Below, one piece after another: positions 18,514 to 29,363 of a stretch of DNA of 64,000 nucleotides. A program made the position numbers and the translations under genes. Source of the DNA: an uncultured delta proteobacterium (lineage in GTDB: Bacteria > Myxococcota_A > Polyangia > Haliangiales > Haliangiaceae); the NCBI GenBank assembly GCA_963848295.1, contig CAWKDB010000010.1:1792001-1856000 (forward strand), written 5' to 3'. The notes below the pieces were generated by a model. It worked only from the letters and a program-made list of their open reading frames with translations, was not told where the DNA came from and searched no databases. Position 1 is the stretch's first letter. Every line of letters starts with the position of its first letter.

Positions 18514-19248
18514 ATGGCAGTATCGGACGACGAAAAGCGCAACAGCGACCGCGAGCCGGTCACGCTGTTCGTCGAATACGAAGGCGCCGAGGATCTGGTC
18601 GGCGACTACACCGAGAACCTGTCGCACGGCGGCACGTTCGTCGCCACGAACCGCGAGCTGCCGATCGGCACGAGGGTGCACCTCGTGCTCAGCTTCCCGG
18701 GGTTGCTCGAGGCGGTCTCGATCGAGGGGGTCGTGCGATGGACTCGCGGCGACGACGCCGGCGCGGGCTGCGGTCTCGAGTTCGCCGCCGGTCCGGCCCG
18801 CGACCAGCTCGGCGCCGTGATCGATCGGATCCGCGCCCGCGACCCCAAGACGATGACGCGGTTGTTTCGCGTGCTCGTCGTCGAAGACAACCGCCATGTC
18901 GCGAACCTGATCCACGACGGCTTGAAGGGCAGCTCGCGCCGCGATTTCGGCGGCGGCCTGTCGTTCCACGTGCGCAGTGCCGAGGACGGCCGGCAAGCGA
19001 TCGAGGTGCTGCGCAAAGAGACGTTCGATGCGCTGATCATCGACGTCTACCTGCCCGTCCTCGACGGCGCGAAGGTGATCCAGGTCGCGCGCACCGAGCT
19101 GGGCCTGACCGACGTGCCGATCATCGCCGTGTCCGCCGGTGGCGACGCCGCTCGGCGCTCGGCGCTCGAAGCCGGCGCGAACATCTTTCTCGACAAGCCG
19201 ATGCGCCTGCGCCAGGTCATCGAGACGATCCAGCGCCTGCTCGTCTAG
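18514..19248 (+). CDS. PilZ-domain (myxobacterial TIGR02266-like) + receiver hybrid response regulator
   Basis: RNSDR and NLSHGG PilZ motifs; REC with VVED, IIDVYLP (phospho-Asp) and DKP. Confidence 0.85.
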   Translation: MAVSDDEKRNSDREPVTLFVEYEGAEDLVGDYTENLSHGGTFVATNRELPIGTRVHLVLSFPGLLEAVSIEGVVRWTRGDDAGAGCGLEFAAGPARDQLGAVIDRIRARDPKTMTRLFRVLVVEDNRHVANLIHDGLKGSSRRDFGGGLSFHVRSAEDGRQAIEVLRKETFDALIIDVYLPVLDGAKVIQVARTELGLTDVPIIAVSAGGDAARRSALEAGANIFLDKPMRLRQVIETIQRLLV

Positions 19249-19311
19249 GCTGGCGCGAAACGCGCCGTGGTCTGGCGCCGGCGGTCACCGCGACGCAGGT
19301 ACGCTCTTTCG

Positions 19312-19949
19312 ATGATCAAGGGAATCGCGCTGACCGCGTTGCTCGTTGGCTGTGCCAGCAAACCGACGCCCGCCGAGAATCCTCAGTTGAACCTGGTGTG
19401 CCAAGGATTCATGTGCCCGGACAACCCGCTCCTCGGTGTGGGCGGCGTGATCTACGACTACGGCGGCAGCGCCGGGAACCTGACGTCGGCGAACGGCTAT
19501 GTGGAGCTCGCCCCGGCGATGGACGAGGGAGATTTCGTGGTTCAAGTCACCGCGATGGCACCTGGCGACGACGACCTGCTGCTGATCGACAACGACGAAG
19601 TCGCGCTCGAGGCGTCGGTCCAGATCGCCGAGCTCACCGAGCTCCGTCTCGAGGCACCGGGCATCGAAGGTCCGCTCGCGACCGAGATCTACGACGCGAG
19701 CTACAACGTCGCGGCCGGCGTGGCGGTCGAGCTCGAGTTCTTTCCGCAGATCGAAGGTCAGGTCTCGAGCGGCACGCACTTCTACGACGTGGCGTTCGAC
19801 AACGTCGCGCTCGGTGCGCGGGGGCGTCCTGTTCGGGCACACAGTTCTCGGAAGGCGTGACGATCACACCCGCCGCGGGCAACCACGTGTTGACGCTGAC
19901 CTCGACCAACGGTGGCCGCAGCTTCATGTTCAGCATCGTCGCGAGCTAG
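19312..19949 (+). pseudogene. Lipoprotein with an apparent 1-nt frameshift near 19813
   Basis: Lipobox LVGC. After DNVAL the plausible coding continues in another frame (CAGASCSGTQFSEGVTITPAAGNHVLTLT) to the stop at 19949. Confidence 0.55.
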
Positions 19950-19950
19950 C

Positions 19951-20790
19951 TCAGCTGCGGCGAAGCTTGTCCCAGTACGGCGAGTTTACGTTCTTGAACC
20001 AGGCGATGTCGTCGCTCACCTGCCAGAACCGATATTCGAACTGCGCGGGCACCATCCGCGGCCCCTGATAGCCTGCAGCGTTCGACTCGACGTTCCAGGC
20101 GCCGGTCACGACGTACTGGCCGTGGTCGACCGCGACGCCCTTGATCTTCGTGGTCTCGGTGGAATCGGGCCATTTCGGATCGACCGGGATATGCTTCGTG
20201 GTCACCCGGATCTCGTCGCCGGCGAGCTCGACGAATTCTTGGAAGCCTTTACCGCCACTGTCCTCGGTCCAATGACCGTCGAAGTGCGCGTGAAAGTCGT
20301 GCGCGTTCGGCGCGAGCAGCAGGCCGTCGAAGATCTTCGCGTCGTACGCGATGTGCTTCGCGTCGAAGTACGCGCGCGACGCCGCGAGGATGTCGTGAAA
20401 CTCGTAGTGCTCGGGACCGTGCATCCACGGGATCGCGAGCTGGTTCTCGTTGTAGCCGATCTTCGGCAACAGCGCGTGGATCGCGATCTCGCGAATGCAC
20501 AGGTCCGAGTGGCGAGCCCATTTGATCAGCCGCGGCAGGTCCGCGGCGTTCGCGATCGGGACCTTGGTGCCGAGGGCGCGCAGGTGCGTGTACGTCGAGC
20601 CGCCGCCGTGCGCGCACATCGTAGAGGCGCCGTTTTGCTCGGAGAGGGTGTCGGCCGGCGGCAGCCCGCGCTCGAGTCGGCGAAACGTGTCGTCGATCGC
20701 ACTCGTAGGGGTCGGAGCGGACGCGCCGGCGAACGCGCTGCACGCGAGCGTACCGAGCACGAGGGCGCGTACGGTGGAGGCGAAACGCAT
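19951..20790 (-). CDS. Exported hypothetical protein
   Basis: Signal peptide or lipobox LAC; GC3-rich codon usage. Confidence 0.65.
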   Translation of the reverse strand: MRFASTVRALVLGTLACSAFAGASAPTPTSAIDDTFRRLERGLPPADTLSEQNGASTMCAHGGGSTYTHLRALGTKVPIANAADLPRLIKWARHSDLCIREIAIHALLPKIGYNENQLAIPWMHGPEHYEFHDILAASRAYFDAKHIAYDAKIFDGLLLAPNAHDFHAHFDGHWTEDSGGKGFQEFVELAGDEIRVTTKHIPVDPKWPDSTETTKIKGVAVDHGQYVVTGAWNVESNAAGYQGPRMVPAQFEYRFWQVSDDIAWFKNVNSPYWDKLRRS

Positions 20791-20844
20791 GCCGCCGCTA
20801 ACGCACCACTCCAGCTGCCGGTCTACGCGTGCTAGCGTCGCCGC

Positions 20845-22062
20845 GTGAAACGGGCGCTACTCCTCGCGAGCCTGGTTGGATGCGGCGGTGGTCATCACAC
20901 CGCCGATGCGATGGTCGACGCGCCGCCCGCGAGCGATCTCGTGACGGTGACGCTGATCGATCCGACCTTGACGCAAGCCACGCCGCTCTCCGGCGCGACC
21001 GTCGTGTTCATCGACGACAACGGCACGCAGAGCGTGCCGACCGACGCGAACGGCGTGGCGCAGGCGGCGGTGCTCGCCGGGGGCAGCGTGACGAGCGTGC
21101 GGTTCTCCGGCGGCGTCGCGTTCGTCACGTCGGTGCTCGCGGTGCAACCGGGCGACTCGATCGCGCTCGGCCTCCCGGGGCAAGACCTGGGCTCGCCCGG
21201 CACGGTCAACGCGAGCTTCGATACGACGTCGCCGTCGAGCGACGGCTACACGATCAGCACGGCATGCGGAGTCACTCAGGGCGCGACCAGCCCGATCACC
21301 GTCATGCTCTACAACGACTGCGCGCACAACCCGCTCGAGCTCGTACTCGAGGGCTCACCCGGCGGGGTGCCGTCGTTCGCGATCGCGTCCGGCATCGCGT
21401 TCATTTCGGGCGAGACCGTCGCGGTCCCGGCGATGACCGCGGAGCCGACGTTCACGTCGATGCTGTCCGGAATCCCGGCGACGGCGGTCGCGACGATGTC
21501 GCGCACGTCCGACTACGCGACGAGCAGCGCGGCGATTACCACCGGCACGAGCGCGACCGTGTCGTTTCCCGGGGTCGTCGGCTCGACCGCCTACTTCCGC
21601 GGCGACTTCACCGCGCCGAGTGGCGCACAGTCGGTCTACTTCCAAGCCGCGCCGACCTCGCCGCAGTACAACCTCGACGTCGGCGACACGCTGCTGCCGT
21701 GGATCGCCGCACCGACCGTCGATCAGGGCACCGGCGCGATCAGCGCGGCGCTGACGACCGCCGGCACGAGCGGCGACGCGCCCGATGTCGCGATCGCCTC
21801 GCTGTCGTTCATCACCGGCGGCTCGACGAGCGTCGAGTGGACGGTCTACGGCCCGGACCCGACGATGCTGGCGTTGCCCGCGCTACCGGCCGAGCTCGCG
21901 GTCACCGGCGGAACGCTGACGTCTGGTTCGGTCGAGCTCGTCGAGCTCGACGCGCTCGCGAGCTACGACGCCGTTCGCCCGAGCCCCGACACCGTGCTCG
22001 GCACGCTGACGACCGCGACCGGCCGCTCGCGGGTGAGCCAGTCTCCGCCGCCCGCGATCTAG
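20845..22062 (+). CDS. Beta-rich lipoprotein, unknown function
   Basis: Lipobox LVGC, DA-rich linker, and a carboxypeptidase-regulatory-like GATVVF...TDANGVA segment. Confidence 0.7.
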   Translation: MKRALLLASLVGCGGGHHTADAMVDAPPASDLVTVTLIDPTLTQATPLSGATVVFIDDNGTQSVPTDANGVAQAAVLAGGSVTSVRFSGGVAFVTSVLAVQPGDSIALGLPGQDLGSPGTVNASFDTTSPSSDGYTISTACGVTQGATSPITVMLYNDCAHNPLELVLEGSPGGVPSFAIASGIAFISGETVAVPAMTAEPTFTSMLSGIPATAVATMSRTSDYATSSAAITTGTSATVSFPGVVGSTAYFRGDFTAPSGAQSVYFQAAPTSPQYNLDVGDTLLPWIAAPTVDQGTGAISAALTTAGTSGDAPDVAIASLSFITGGSTSVEWTVYGPDPTMLALPALPAELAVTGGTLTSGSVELVELDALASYDAVRPSPDTVLGTLTTATGRSRVSQSPPPAI

Positions 22063-23168
22063 CCGCGGCTCGGCGACGTGCCCGGCCGCAGCGCCTCGAC
22101 CAGCAAGCTCGCGACGCGCTGGGCCTCGGCCGGGTCGTCGGGATAGTCGAGCTCGCGGTACATGCGCGCGAGCCGCTCGACGCGATCGAGCTGGTGGCTG
22201 GCGCCGGCGAGCGCGTGGGCGTGCGCGACGAAGAATAGCGCGTAGCCGCGCAGCACCTGGTCGTCGCGCATCGGCGACAGCCGCCAGGTCTGCCACGCGA
22301 ACTGAAAGTACGGGCCGACCATGTCGCGGACCGCGGCGCTGTGGGCGGCGAGCGCGGCGCGTACGTCGGCGACGGTCGCGAGCCCGACCGAGACGAGCAT
22401 CGTCACCAGATAATCCGGGAAGAACACGTCGGCGCCGAGCCGCGCGCCGAGCGCCTCCGCGATGCCGCGATCGAGCGCACCGACCTCGTCGCCGGCGACC
22501 AGCGCGTTGAGCGCGAAGCCGTCGAGCGCCACGCCGGGCTCGGCGGCGGCGAGCCGCCCGGGGAGCGCGCGCTCGTACTCGTCGAGCTCGTCGCGGATCG
22601 CGACGAACTCGTGGTCTGCGATCTCGAGCAAGCCGGCGAGCCGGCTGAGCCGGCGCCGCATCGCCGCGGGGACCGCACCGGGTGCCTTGTAGCCGAGGTC
22701 GTGCTCGATCTCGGCCCACGTGTGCTCGAGCAGCGTCCGGACCTGGATCTCGGCGCGCGCCGCATCGGGTAGCCCGGCGCGGTGATCGGCGATGCCGAAC
22801 ACGTAGTGCAACGAGCGGTAGCCGAACACCCGCGGCTCGATCCGCGCGCGCTTGTCGTTCGAGCGCGACAGGTCGATGCGCAGCCGACCCTGGAGCAGCC
22901 GGCCGACCTCGTCGACGTCGTCCTCGAAGTACGTGATGACGCGCAGCCCGAGGAGATCGGTGACGCTCCACAGCTCGCCGTAGTTGCGATCGGGTCGCGC
23001 GAGCTTGCGCGCGAGGCTCGCCGGATCCTTCGCACGCGCGGTGACCGAGTGGACCTTGAGGCCGTGCCCGCGCAACCACCCGGCGATATCGTCGCGCAGC
23101 GCCTCGCCGCGCGACGCGAGCACCGGCCGCACCGCGGCGAAGGCTTCGAGCAGCTCGGCGTGAGGCAT
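22059..23168 (-). CDS. RelA/SpoT-domain small alarmone synthetase with C-terminal extension
   Basis: RAKDPASLARK, DLLGLRVI, GYRSLHY, EIQVRT and HTWAEIEHDLGYK. Confidence 0.88.
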   Translation of the reverse strand: MPHAELLEAFAAVRPVLASRGEALRDDIAGWLRGHGLKVHSVTARAKDPASLARKLARPDRNYGELWSVTDLLGLRVITYFEDDVDEVGRLLQGRLRIDLSRSNDKRARIEPRVFGYRSLHYVFGIADHRAGLPDAARAEIQVRTLLEHTWAEIEHDLGYKAPGAVPAAMRRRLSRLAGLLEIADHEFVAIRDELDEYERALPGRLAAAEPGVALDGFALNALVAGDEVGALDRGIAEALGARLGADVFFPDYLVTMLVSVGLATVADVRAALAAHSAAVRDMVGPYFQFAWQTWRLSPMRDDQVLRGYALFFVAHAHALAGASHQLDRVERLARMYRELDYPDDPAEAQRVASLLVEALRPGTSPSRG

Positions 23169-23177
23169 CGCGTAGTT

Positions 23178-26010
23178 CTACTTCAGCTTCGCTTTGAGCT
23201 CGAGGATCTCGGCGTTCTCCGGCTCGGTCTGCATCGCGAGGCCGATCGCCGCCCTCGCGTCGCGCGGCTTGCGGAGCAAGAGGAACGCCTTCGCGCGACC
23301 GAGCTGGATCAGCGCGGGCCGGCGCGGCTGCGGGTTCGTCACGAGCGCGGTGTCGTACGTGTAGAGCGCACGGTTGCCGTCGCCGAGCTCGAGATAGGCG
23401 CGGCCGAGGCCGAGCAAGATGTCGTCATCTTGCGGGTTGATGAACGTCGCGAGCTCGCCATACGTGCGGACCTTGGCCCACTTGCCGAGCTTCGCGTAGC
23501 CGAGGACGAGCTCCTTGAGCGGCGACAGCTCCATCTGCTCGATGTACGCGTAGTCCTCGAGCTCGGCGAGCTGCTTCTCGACGGCGCCTTGCTTCTTGTA
23601 GAGCTCGGCGAGCGCCTGGTAGGGGTAGCTGCGCTCGGGGTCGAGCTTCTTCGCCGCGCATAGCTGCTTCTCGAATTCGGCGACGTCGTGCTCGTTCTCG
23701 GCGATGCGCGCGAGCTGCGTGCGCAGGTCGTAGCTGTCGTGACCGTCGGCGGCGAGCCCGGAGTAGAGTTGTTTCGCCGAGGCGAAGTCCTCCTCGTGCA
23801 TCGCGATCTCGGCGAGGATGTAGCGCGCGATCGGCTGCTTCGGATCGAGCGCGAGCGCGGCGTGGGCCGCGACCCCGGCTTTGTCTTCGTCGCCGCCGTA
23901 GGTGTAGGCCAGCGCGACGTACGCGCGGGCCTTCGCGTCTTTCGGAGCGGCATCCGCGGCGATCTCGAGCTTGGTCGGATCGTCGAATCCGCGCGTCGGC
24001 AGCTTGAACGTACCGGCGTACGGAGCGAGCCGGATGTCGAGGTACTTGTGGAAGTCGCTGTCGAGCTGCGCGATCGTCTTGCCGGTGATCGTCTGCAACA
24101 CCTCGGGGGTCTCCTTGCCCTTGCCGTAGAGCTTGAGCGCCTCGACGATCTTCGGGAACCCGTAGGTCTGCGGCGAGGTATTCGATCGTGACCGCCGATT
24201 GGAAGTACGCGACGACGACCGCGTTCTGATCCGGCTGCATGAACTCGGAGTTCAAGTCGCCGATCGACGGCAGCGTGCCCGAGACCACCGCGCCGTAGAG
24301 ATCCGCGTCGTTCTCGCGCCGCCACTCGGGGCGCGCGATCAGCGTCTCGTATTCGGACAGGCCTTCGGTGAACCACCGCGGCACGCGCGAGTTCGACAGC
24401 TGGATCGCGAACACGTGGCCGAGCTCGTGCCACAGCACCATCCCCCAGTTGAGGTCGCCGGTCGCGGGTGACATCGCGGTGATCACCTGGCCGAAGCACA
24501 CGCCGAGCGCGCCGATGTCGGGCAGCCCGACCGTGCGCACCGCGTAGTCGGTCTTGTCGGCGTAGAGCTCGAGCGTCACCGGCGTCTTCGGCGTGAAGCC
24601 GTAGCGCTTCACCATGTCGGCGAACGCGCGCTCCATCGTGGGCTCGAGGTAGCGGGACAGCGCCGGCTTCTCCTCGTTGTGGTAACGGATCTTGAAGTCC
24701 TTGGTCGTCGCGAACGTATATTCGCGCGGCAGGCGATCGAACAGGTTGAGCGTGTTGAACGCGCGCACGTTGTAGCCGTCGCCGTGGAACGACTTGCGTA
24801 GCCAATCCAGGCCCTCGGTCTCGAGCCCCATCCGCAAGTAGCCGAGGCCGGCGCCTGCCATCGCCTCGTAGAAATCGGGCTTGAGCTTGATCGCCTCCTT
24901 CTCGAGCTCGATCGCCTCGGTGTAGCGATGCTCGCGCACCGCCGACCGCGCGACGATGCGATAGAACTGCGCGTACGCCTTGTCGACGGCGAACACCTTC
25001 GTGCGCGCCGCTTCGTAACCTGCGGTGTCGTCGCGCAGCCACTTGATCGTCGCGCGCATCGCGAGCGCCTCGACGTCCTGCGAGTTCGTCGCGAGCACTT
25101 GATCGAGCGTCTTGCCCGCGACGTCCCACTGGTTCTGGTCGATCTCGACCGATGCGCGAACCTTCAGCGCGCGCGCGTTCTTTGGATTGACGGCGAGCGC
25201 GGCGTCGAGGTGATGGCGCACCGCCGCGAGGTCGTACGTGGTCTCGACCAGCACGCCCGCCATCGCCGCGTGCGCGTCCGGATAGTTCGGGTTGACCTTG
25301 AACACCTCTTCGAGGGTCTGGCCGCCCGGTTCGGCCGCGTACTTCTGCGAGAACAGATCGGCCCACGCGACGCCTGCCTCGGAGAACCGCTCGCCGAGCG
25401 CGCGCACCGGATGCTTGGGATCGGGATGCTGCGGCGGTTCGATCTTGAGCGCCGCGCGATACGAATCGTTCGCGAGCTCGAACTGCTCGGTGTACTTCGC
25501 GGCCTCGGCGAGCTGGTAGAGCTGGATCGCATCGTCCAGGTCGATCTTGTGCGCGTCGAACTCTTTGATCGTCTCGTCGAACAGCAACTTCGCGTCGACC
25601 GTGTCGCCCTGCCAGAACCGCAGCTCGGCGAGGGCCGTGCGCACGCCGCGATCGTCGGGCCGATCCTTGAACAGCTGCTCGAGATCGGCTCGCGCATCGC
25701 TGCTCCGGCCGGTCAGCGTGCGCTCGCGATCGAGCTCGAGGCGCGCATCGATCCAGACGCCGGCGGCATCCTTGGCCGCGGCGAGTGGAGTCGCGGTCGC
25801 CTCGGCCGCCGCGTAGTCGCCGGTCTCGATCTGTGCGCGAGCGAGCAGCAAGCGCGCGGCCGGCTTGTCCTTGCCGGTGACCGCGGCGAGATCGGTGATC
25901 GCGCCCTTGTAGTCGCCGGCGATCAGCTTGTCGCGGCCGCTGCCGAGATCAGCGTTCGCGATTCCGCTCAGAGCGCAAACCGCGCACACCGCTCCCAGGC
26001 TCGTTCGCAT
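23178..26010 (-). pseudogene. Exported TPR-repeat protein with MA-clan metallopeptidase domain; +1 frameshift near 24170
   Basis: Signal peptide, many TPRs, HELGH...WFTEGLSEYE. Removing one base in GAA TAC CTC GCC G CAG ACC TAC joins it to the 23178-24101 TPR ORF. Confidence 0.75.
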
Positions 26011-26080
26011 GCCCTCGAATCTGTGCGACCGCGATACCCCTGTCAAACGCGATATCGGGGAACGGTGCTATCCTCGGGAG

Positions 26081-26587
26081 GTGGCCGAGCCCTCGAAGGA
26101 ACCAGCCGCAGGCGCGCAGGGGATTTACACCTCGTTCGATGCGTTCCTGAAGCAGGCGATCCGCGAGTATTACGATCGCAGCTGGACCACGCGTAAGGGC
26201 AACTTCATCGCGTTGCTCATCGCCTCGGGCCAGACGTCGTTGGCGTTAGCCAAGGACTCGGTCGTCGACGGCTCGGGCACGAAGAAGGTCGCGATCGGCG
26301 CGGGGCTGTTACTCGCGCTTCGCATCGGGCTGCGCTACGCGCTCGGCGGACCGCTCGGCCTCGTGCTCGGCGTCGCGGCCGGAGCGTCGATGGTCGCGTA
26401 TTTCGTGCGCAATCAGAAAGACATCATCAAGAAGGTCTCGGTCTACAAGGCCGCGATCGCCGATAACGACACGCGTTACACCGAGGTCCAGACAGGTTGG
26501 CGGGACGGGAAGTATCAGATCACGGACCGCAACCTCATGATCGATGGGCTGATGAAGCAATTCATCGCCAAGATCGATGAAACCTGA
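26081..26587 (+). CDS. Hypothetical membrane protein
   Basis: GTG after GGGAG; Gly-rich hydrophobic hairpin. Confidence 0.65.
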   Translation: MAEPSKEPAAGAQGIYTSFDAFLKQAIREYYDRSWTTRKGNFIALLIASGQTSLALAKDSVVDGSGTKKVAIGAGLLLALRIGLRYALGGPLGLVLGVAAGASMVAYFVRNQKDIIKKVSVYKAAIADNDTRYTEVQTGWRDGKYQITDRNLMIDGLMKQFIAKIDET

Positions 26588-26590
26588 CGT

Positions 26591-27373
26591 TTGCTGACGA
26601 CGCCTCGCCTGCTCGTCGCGTCTATGGCGGTCGCGCTCGCCGCCGCGCCGGCCGTGGCAGCGCCGAGGCGCACGCCGCCACCAGCGCCCGGCCCCGCGAT
26701 CCCGGATCCGAGTGATCACCGCCGGATCATCGGCATTCTCGATGTGCGGGTCGATGGCGTCCCGCCGGAGGTCGCGACGCAGTTTCAAGCGAACCTCGAG
26801 GAGCAACTCGACACCAAGCTGTTCTGGCTCGTGCCGCGTCCCCGGATGCGCGAGCTGATGGCGAACTCGACGCGGTGGACCGAGGGCTGCCTCGTCGGTA
26901 TGTGCCTGCGCGAGATCCGCACCCAGACCCGCGCCGACCTCGTGTTGCTCGCCGCGATGTCGGGCGGCGGAACGAGCTTCGGCTGGACCGTGACCTTGGT
27001 CCGCACCGATTCCGGGCGCGTGCTGTCGCAGGACTCCGCGCGCTGCGACGTCTGTACCGTCAACGAAGCGGTCACCGGCGCGACGCTCGGGACGCTGAAG
27101 CTGCTCGAGGATATACCCGACAAGCTGCCGGATCAGGCGAGCGAAGAGACCGCGGCGTACAACATGTTGCTCAAGCCGATTCGCGGCCAGGTCAAAGGCC
27201 TCGAGCGCGGACGCCGGCGAGTCGGCATCACCTTGTCGATCACCGGGCTCGTCGTCGCGGCGGCCGGCGTGGCGCTGTACGAGAGCGGCTCGTCGAATCG
27301 CGATGTCGGCGAAATCACTGCGGCCGCGGGCGGTGGGATCGCGGGCAGCGGCGTGATCGTCCTCGCGTTCTGA
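26591..27373 (+). CDS. Exported protein with C-terminal TM hairpin
   Basis: Signal peptide, CLVGMC and CDVC pairs, two C-terminal hydrophobic helices. Confidence 0.65.
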   Translation: MLTTPRLLVASMAVALAAAPAVAAPRRTPPPAPGPAIPDPSDHRRIIGILDVRVDGVPPEVATQFQANLEEQLDTKLFWLVPRPRMRELMANSTRWTEGCLVGMCLREIRTQTRADLVLLAAMSGGGTSFGWTVTLVRTDSGRVLSQDSARCDVCTVNEAVTGATLGTLKLLEDIPDKLPDQASEETAAYNMLLKPIRGQVKGLERGRRRVGITLSITGLVVAAAGVALYESGSSNRDVGEITAAAGGGIAGSGVIVLAF

Positions 27374-27491
27374 TCACGCCTTCGGGTCGCGGCGAGCCGA
27401 CCGCGGCGGTGACGGCGCACATTCAAGCGGGGCGGAAGGGGACCGCGTTTTCACGTTGGCACGTCGACGGGCCGGGATTAGTGTCGGCGCC

Positions 27492-29363
27492 ATGACATCT
27501 CGCTGTTACGTCCTCGCGTGCCTCGCCGTCGTCGGTGCGTGCAACTCGACGACCGGAACGCACGCGCTGTTCGAGCAGCAAGGCAGCGACTTCTACGCGT
27601 TGCCGTTTCCGAACGACTTGCACCGCAATGCTGACGGCACGCTCGATCTTACGAACTTTCCGACGAACAGCTTGATCGTCGACGAATACCGGATGGACGC
27701 ACAGGTGCTCGACGGGTTCTCGCTCAACGCCGCCGAGTTCGCGCTGTTCGATGGACCGCTCGATCCGGCGTCGCTGCCCGACGAAGCCGGCTCGACGCAA
27801 CCCGGCGCGTCGGTCTACGTCGTCAACATCGATCCCAAGTCGCCGAACCTCGGCAAGCGTACGCCGGTGATCGTGCACTTCCGAGCGGATGGCACGATGA
27901 CGATCGGACCGAACCGTCTCGTCGTCCGCCCCGTGCCGGGGTTCACGCTCGACGAGGGCACGGTCTACGCGCTGATCATCACGAACCGGGTCAACGCCGC
28001 CGACGGCACTCCGATCGTGGCGCAGAGCGAGTTCGAACAGCTGCGCGACGACACCGGCGCGACCGACGCGTACTCGCCGCTGCGCTCGTATCTCGCGAGC
28101 TCGGGCGATGAGGACCCGAAGAATGTCGTCTCGGCCGCGGTGTTCACGACCCAGCACGCGACGTTCGTGGCGCCCGGCATACGCCGGGCGGTGTACGCGA
28201 CCGCGATGCCCGTCGCGACGTCGGTGGTGACGTCCGGCCCGACCGCGACGTGGACCGAGTGGACCGGCAGCTACATGGCGCCGAACTTCCAGACCGGCAC
28301 GCCGCCGTACCTCAACGCCGGCGGCGAGATCCAGTTCGATGCGACGAACACCGCGATCGTCCAGCGCACCGAGACGATGCGGTTCGCGTTGACCGTCCCG
28401 CCCGGGGCGACGCCGGCGACCGGGTGGCCGATCGCGATCTACCAGCACGGCACGGGCGGCGATTATCAATCGTTCATCCAGGATGGCACCGCGGATCGGC
28501 TCGCGGCACAGGGCATCGCCGTGATCTCGACCGACCAAGTGCTGCACGGTCCGCGCGATCCGGCCGGCACCGATCCCGGCGTCGCGTTCTATAACTTCTC
28601 GAACCCGTTCGCCGGCCGCGACAACGCGCTGCAGGGCTACGCGGATGCGTGGTCACAGCTCCGGCTCGCGATGGGCATGTCGATCGTCGACACCGATCGC
28701 ACGATCACGTTCGACCCGGATCGCGTGATGTTCTTCGGTCACTCGCAGGGCAGCGAGACCAGCCCCGGGTTCATCGCGTACGAGCCGCAGGTCAAGGGCG
28801 CGGTGTTGTCCGGCGCGGGCGGCGTGCTTTATCTGAGCCTGTTGCTGAAGACCCAGCCGGTCGACCTCACGCAGCTCGTCACCGCGCTCGTCCGCGACGA
28901 TCCGGTCGACGAGGACAACCCGACGCTCGCGCTCGCGCAGATGTGGATCGAGCGCGCCGATCCGGCGAATTACGGACGCTACTTCACGCGCGAGCCGCAA
29001 CTCGGACCGGATGGCACGCAGATGGCGCCGCGCGACATCTTCCAGAGCGAGGGCTTCGTCGACACGTATGCCCCGAACCCGGGGATCGAAGCGTTCGCGA
29101 CCGCGATCGGCGGCAACGAGGTCGTCACCGCGAACGAGAAGGACATCGACGGCCTGACGTTGCGCGGCAACACCAGCCTCGCGCCGCCGATCACCGGCAA
29201 CTTGAACGGCGCGACCGCGGTGCTCGCGCAGTACAACATGGCGCCGGGCTCGGACGGCCACTTCGTCGTGTTCGAGATTCCAGCGGCCGAGCAGCAGTCC
29301 GCGGAATTCCTCGGCACGCTCGCCGCGACCGGCAAAGCGACGGTCGTCGTCCCGACGAACTGA
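27492..29363 (+). CDS. Lipoprotein alpha/beta hydrolase (extracellular lipase-like) with Ig-like N-terminal domain
   Basis: Lipobox VGAC, PFPND, IYQHGTGG, nucleophile GHSQG and C-terminal DGHF. Confidence 0.78.
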   Translation: MTSRCYVLACLAVVGACNSTTGTHALFEQQGSDFYALPFPNDLHRNADGTLDLTNFPTNSLIVDEYRMDAQVLDGFSLNAAEFALFDGPLDPASLPDEAGSTQPGASVYVVNIDPKSPNLGKRTPVIVHFRADGTMTIGPNRLVVRPVPGFTLDEGTVYALIITNRVNAADGTPIVAQSEFEQLRDDTGATDAYSPLRSYLASSGDEDPKNVVSAAVFTTQHATFVAPGIRRAVYATAMPVATSVVTSGPTATWTEWTGSYMAPNFQTGTPPYLNAGGEIQFDATNTAIVQRTETMRFALTVPPGATPATGWPIAIYQHGTGGDYQSFIQDGTADRLAAQGIAVISTDQVLHGPRDPAGTDPGVAFYNFSNPFAGRDNALQGYADAWSQLRLAMGMSIVDTDRTITFDPDRVMFFGHSQGSETSPGFIAYEPQVKGAVLSGAGGVLYLSLLLKTQPVDLTQLVTALVRDDPVDEDNPTLALAQMWIERADPANYGRYFTREPQLGPDGTQMAPRDIFQSEGFVDTYAPNPGIEAFATAIGGNEVVTANEKDIDGLTLRGNTSLAPPITGNLNGATAVLAQYNMAPGSDGHFVVFEIPAAEQQSAEFLGTLAATGKATVVVPTN

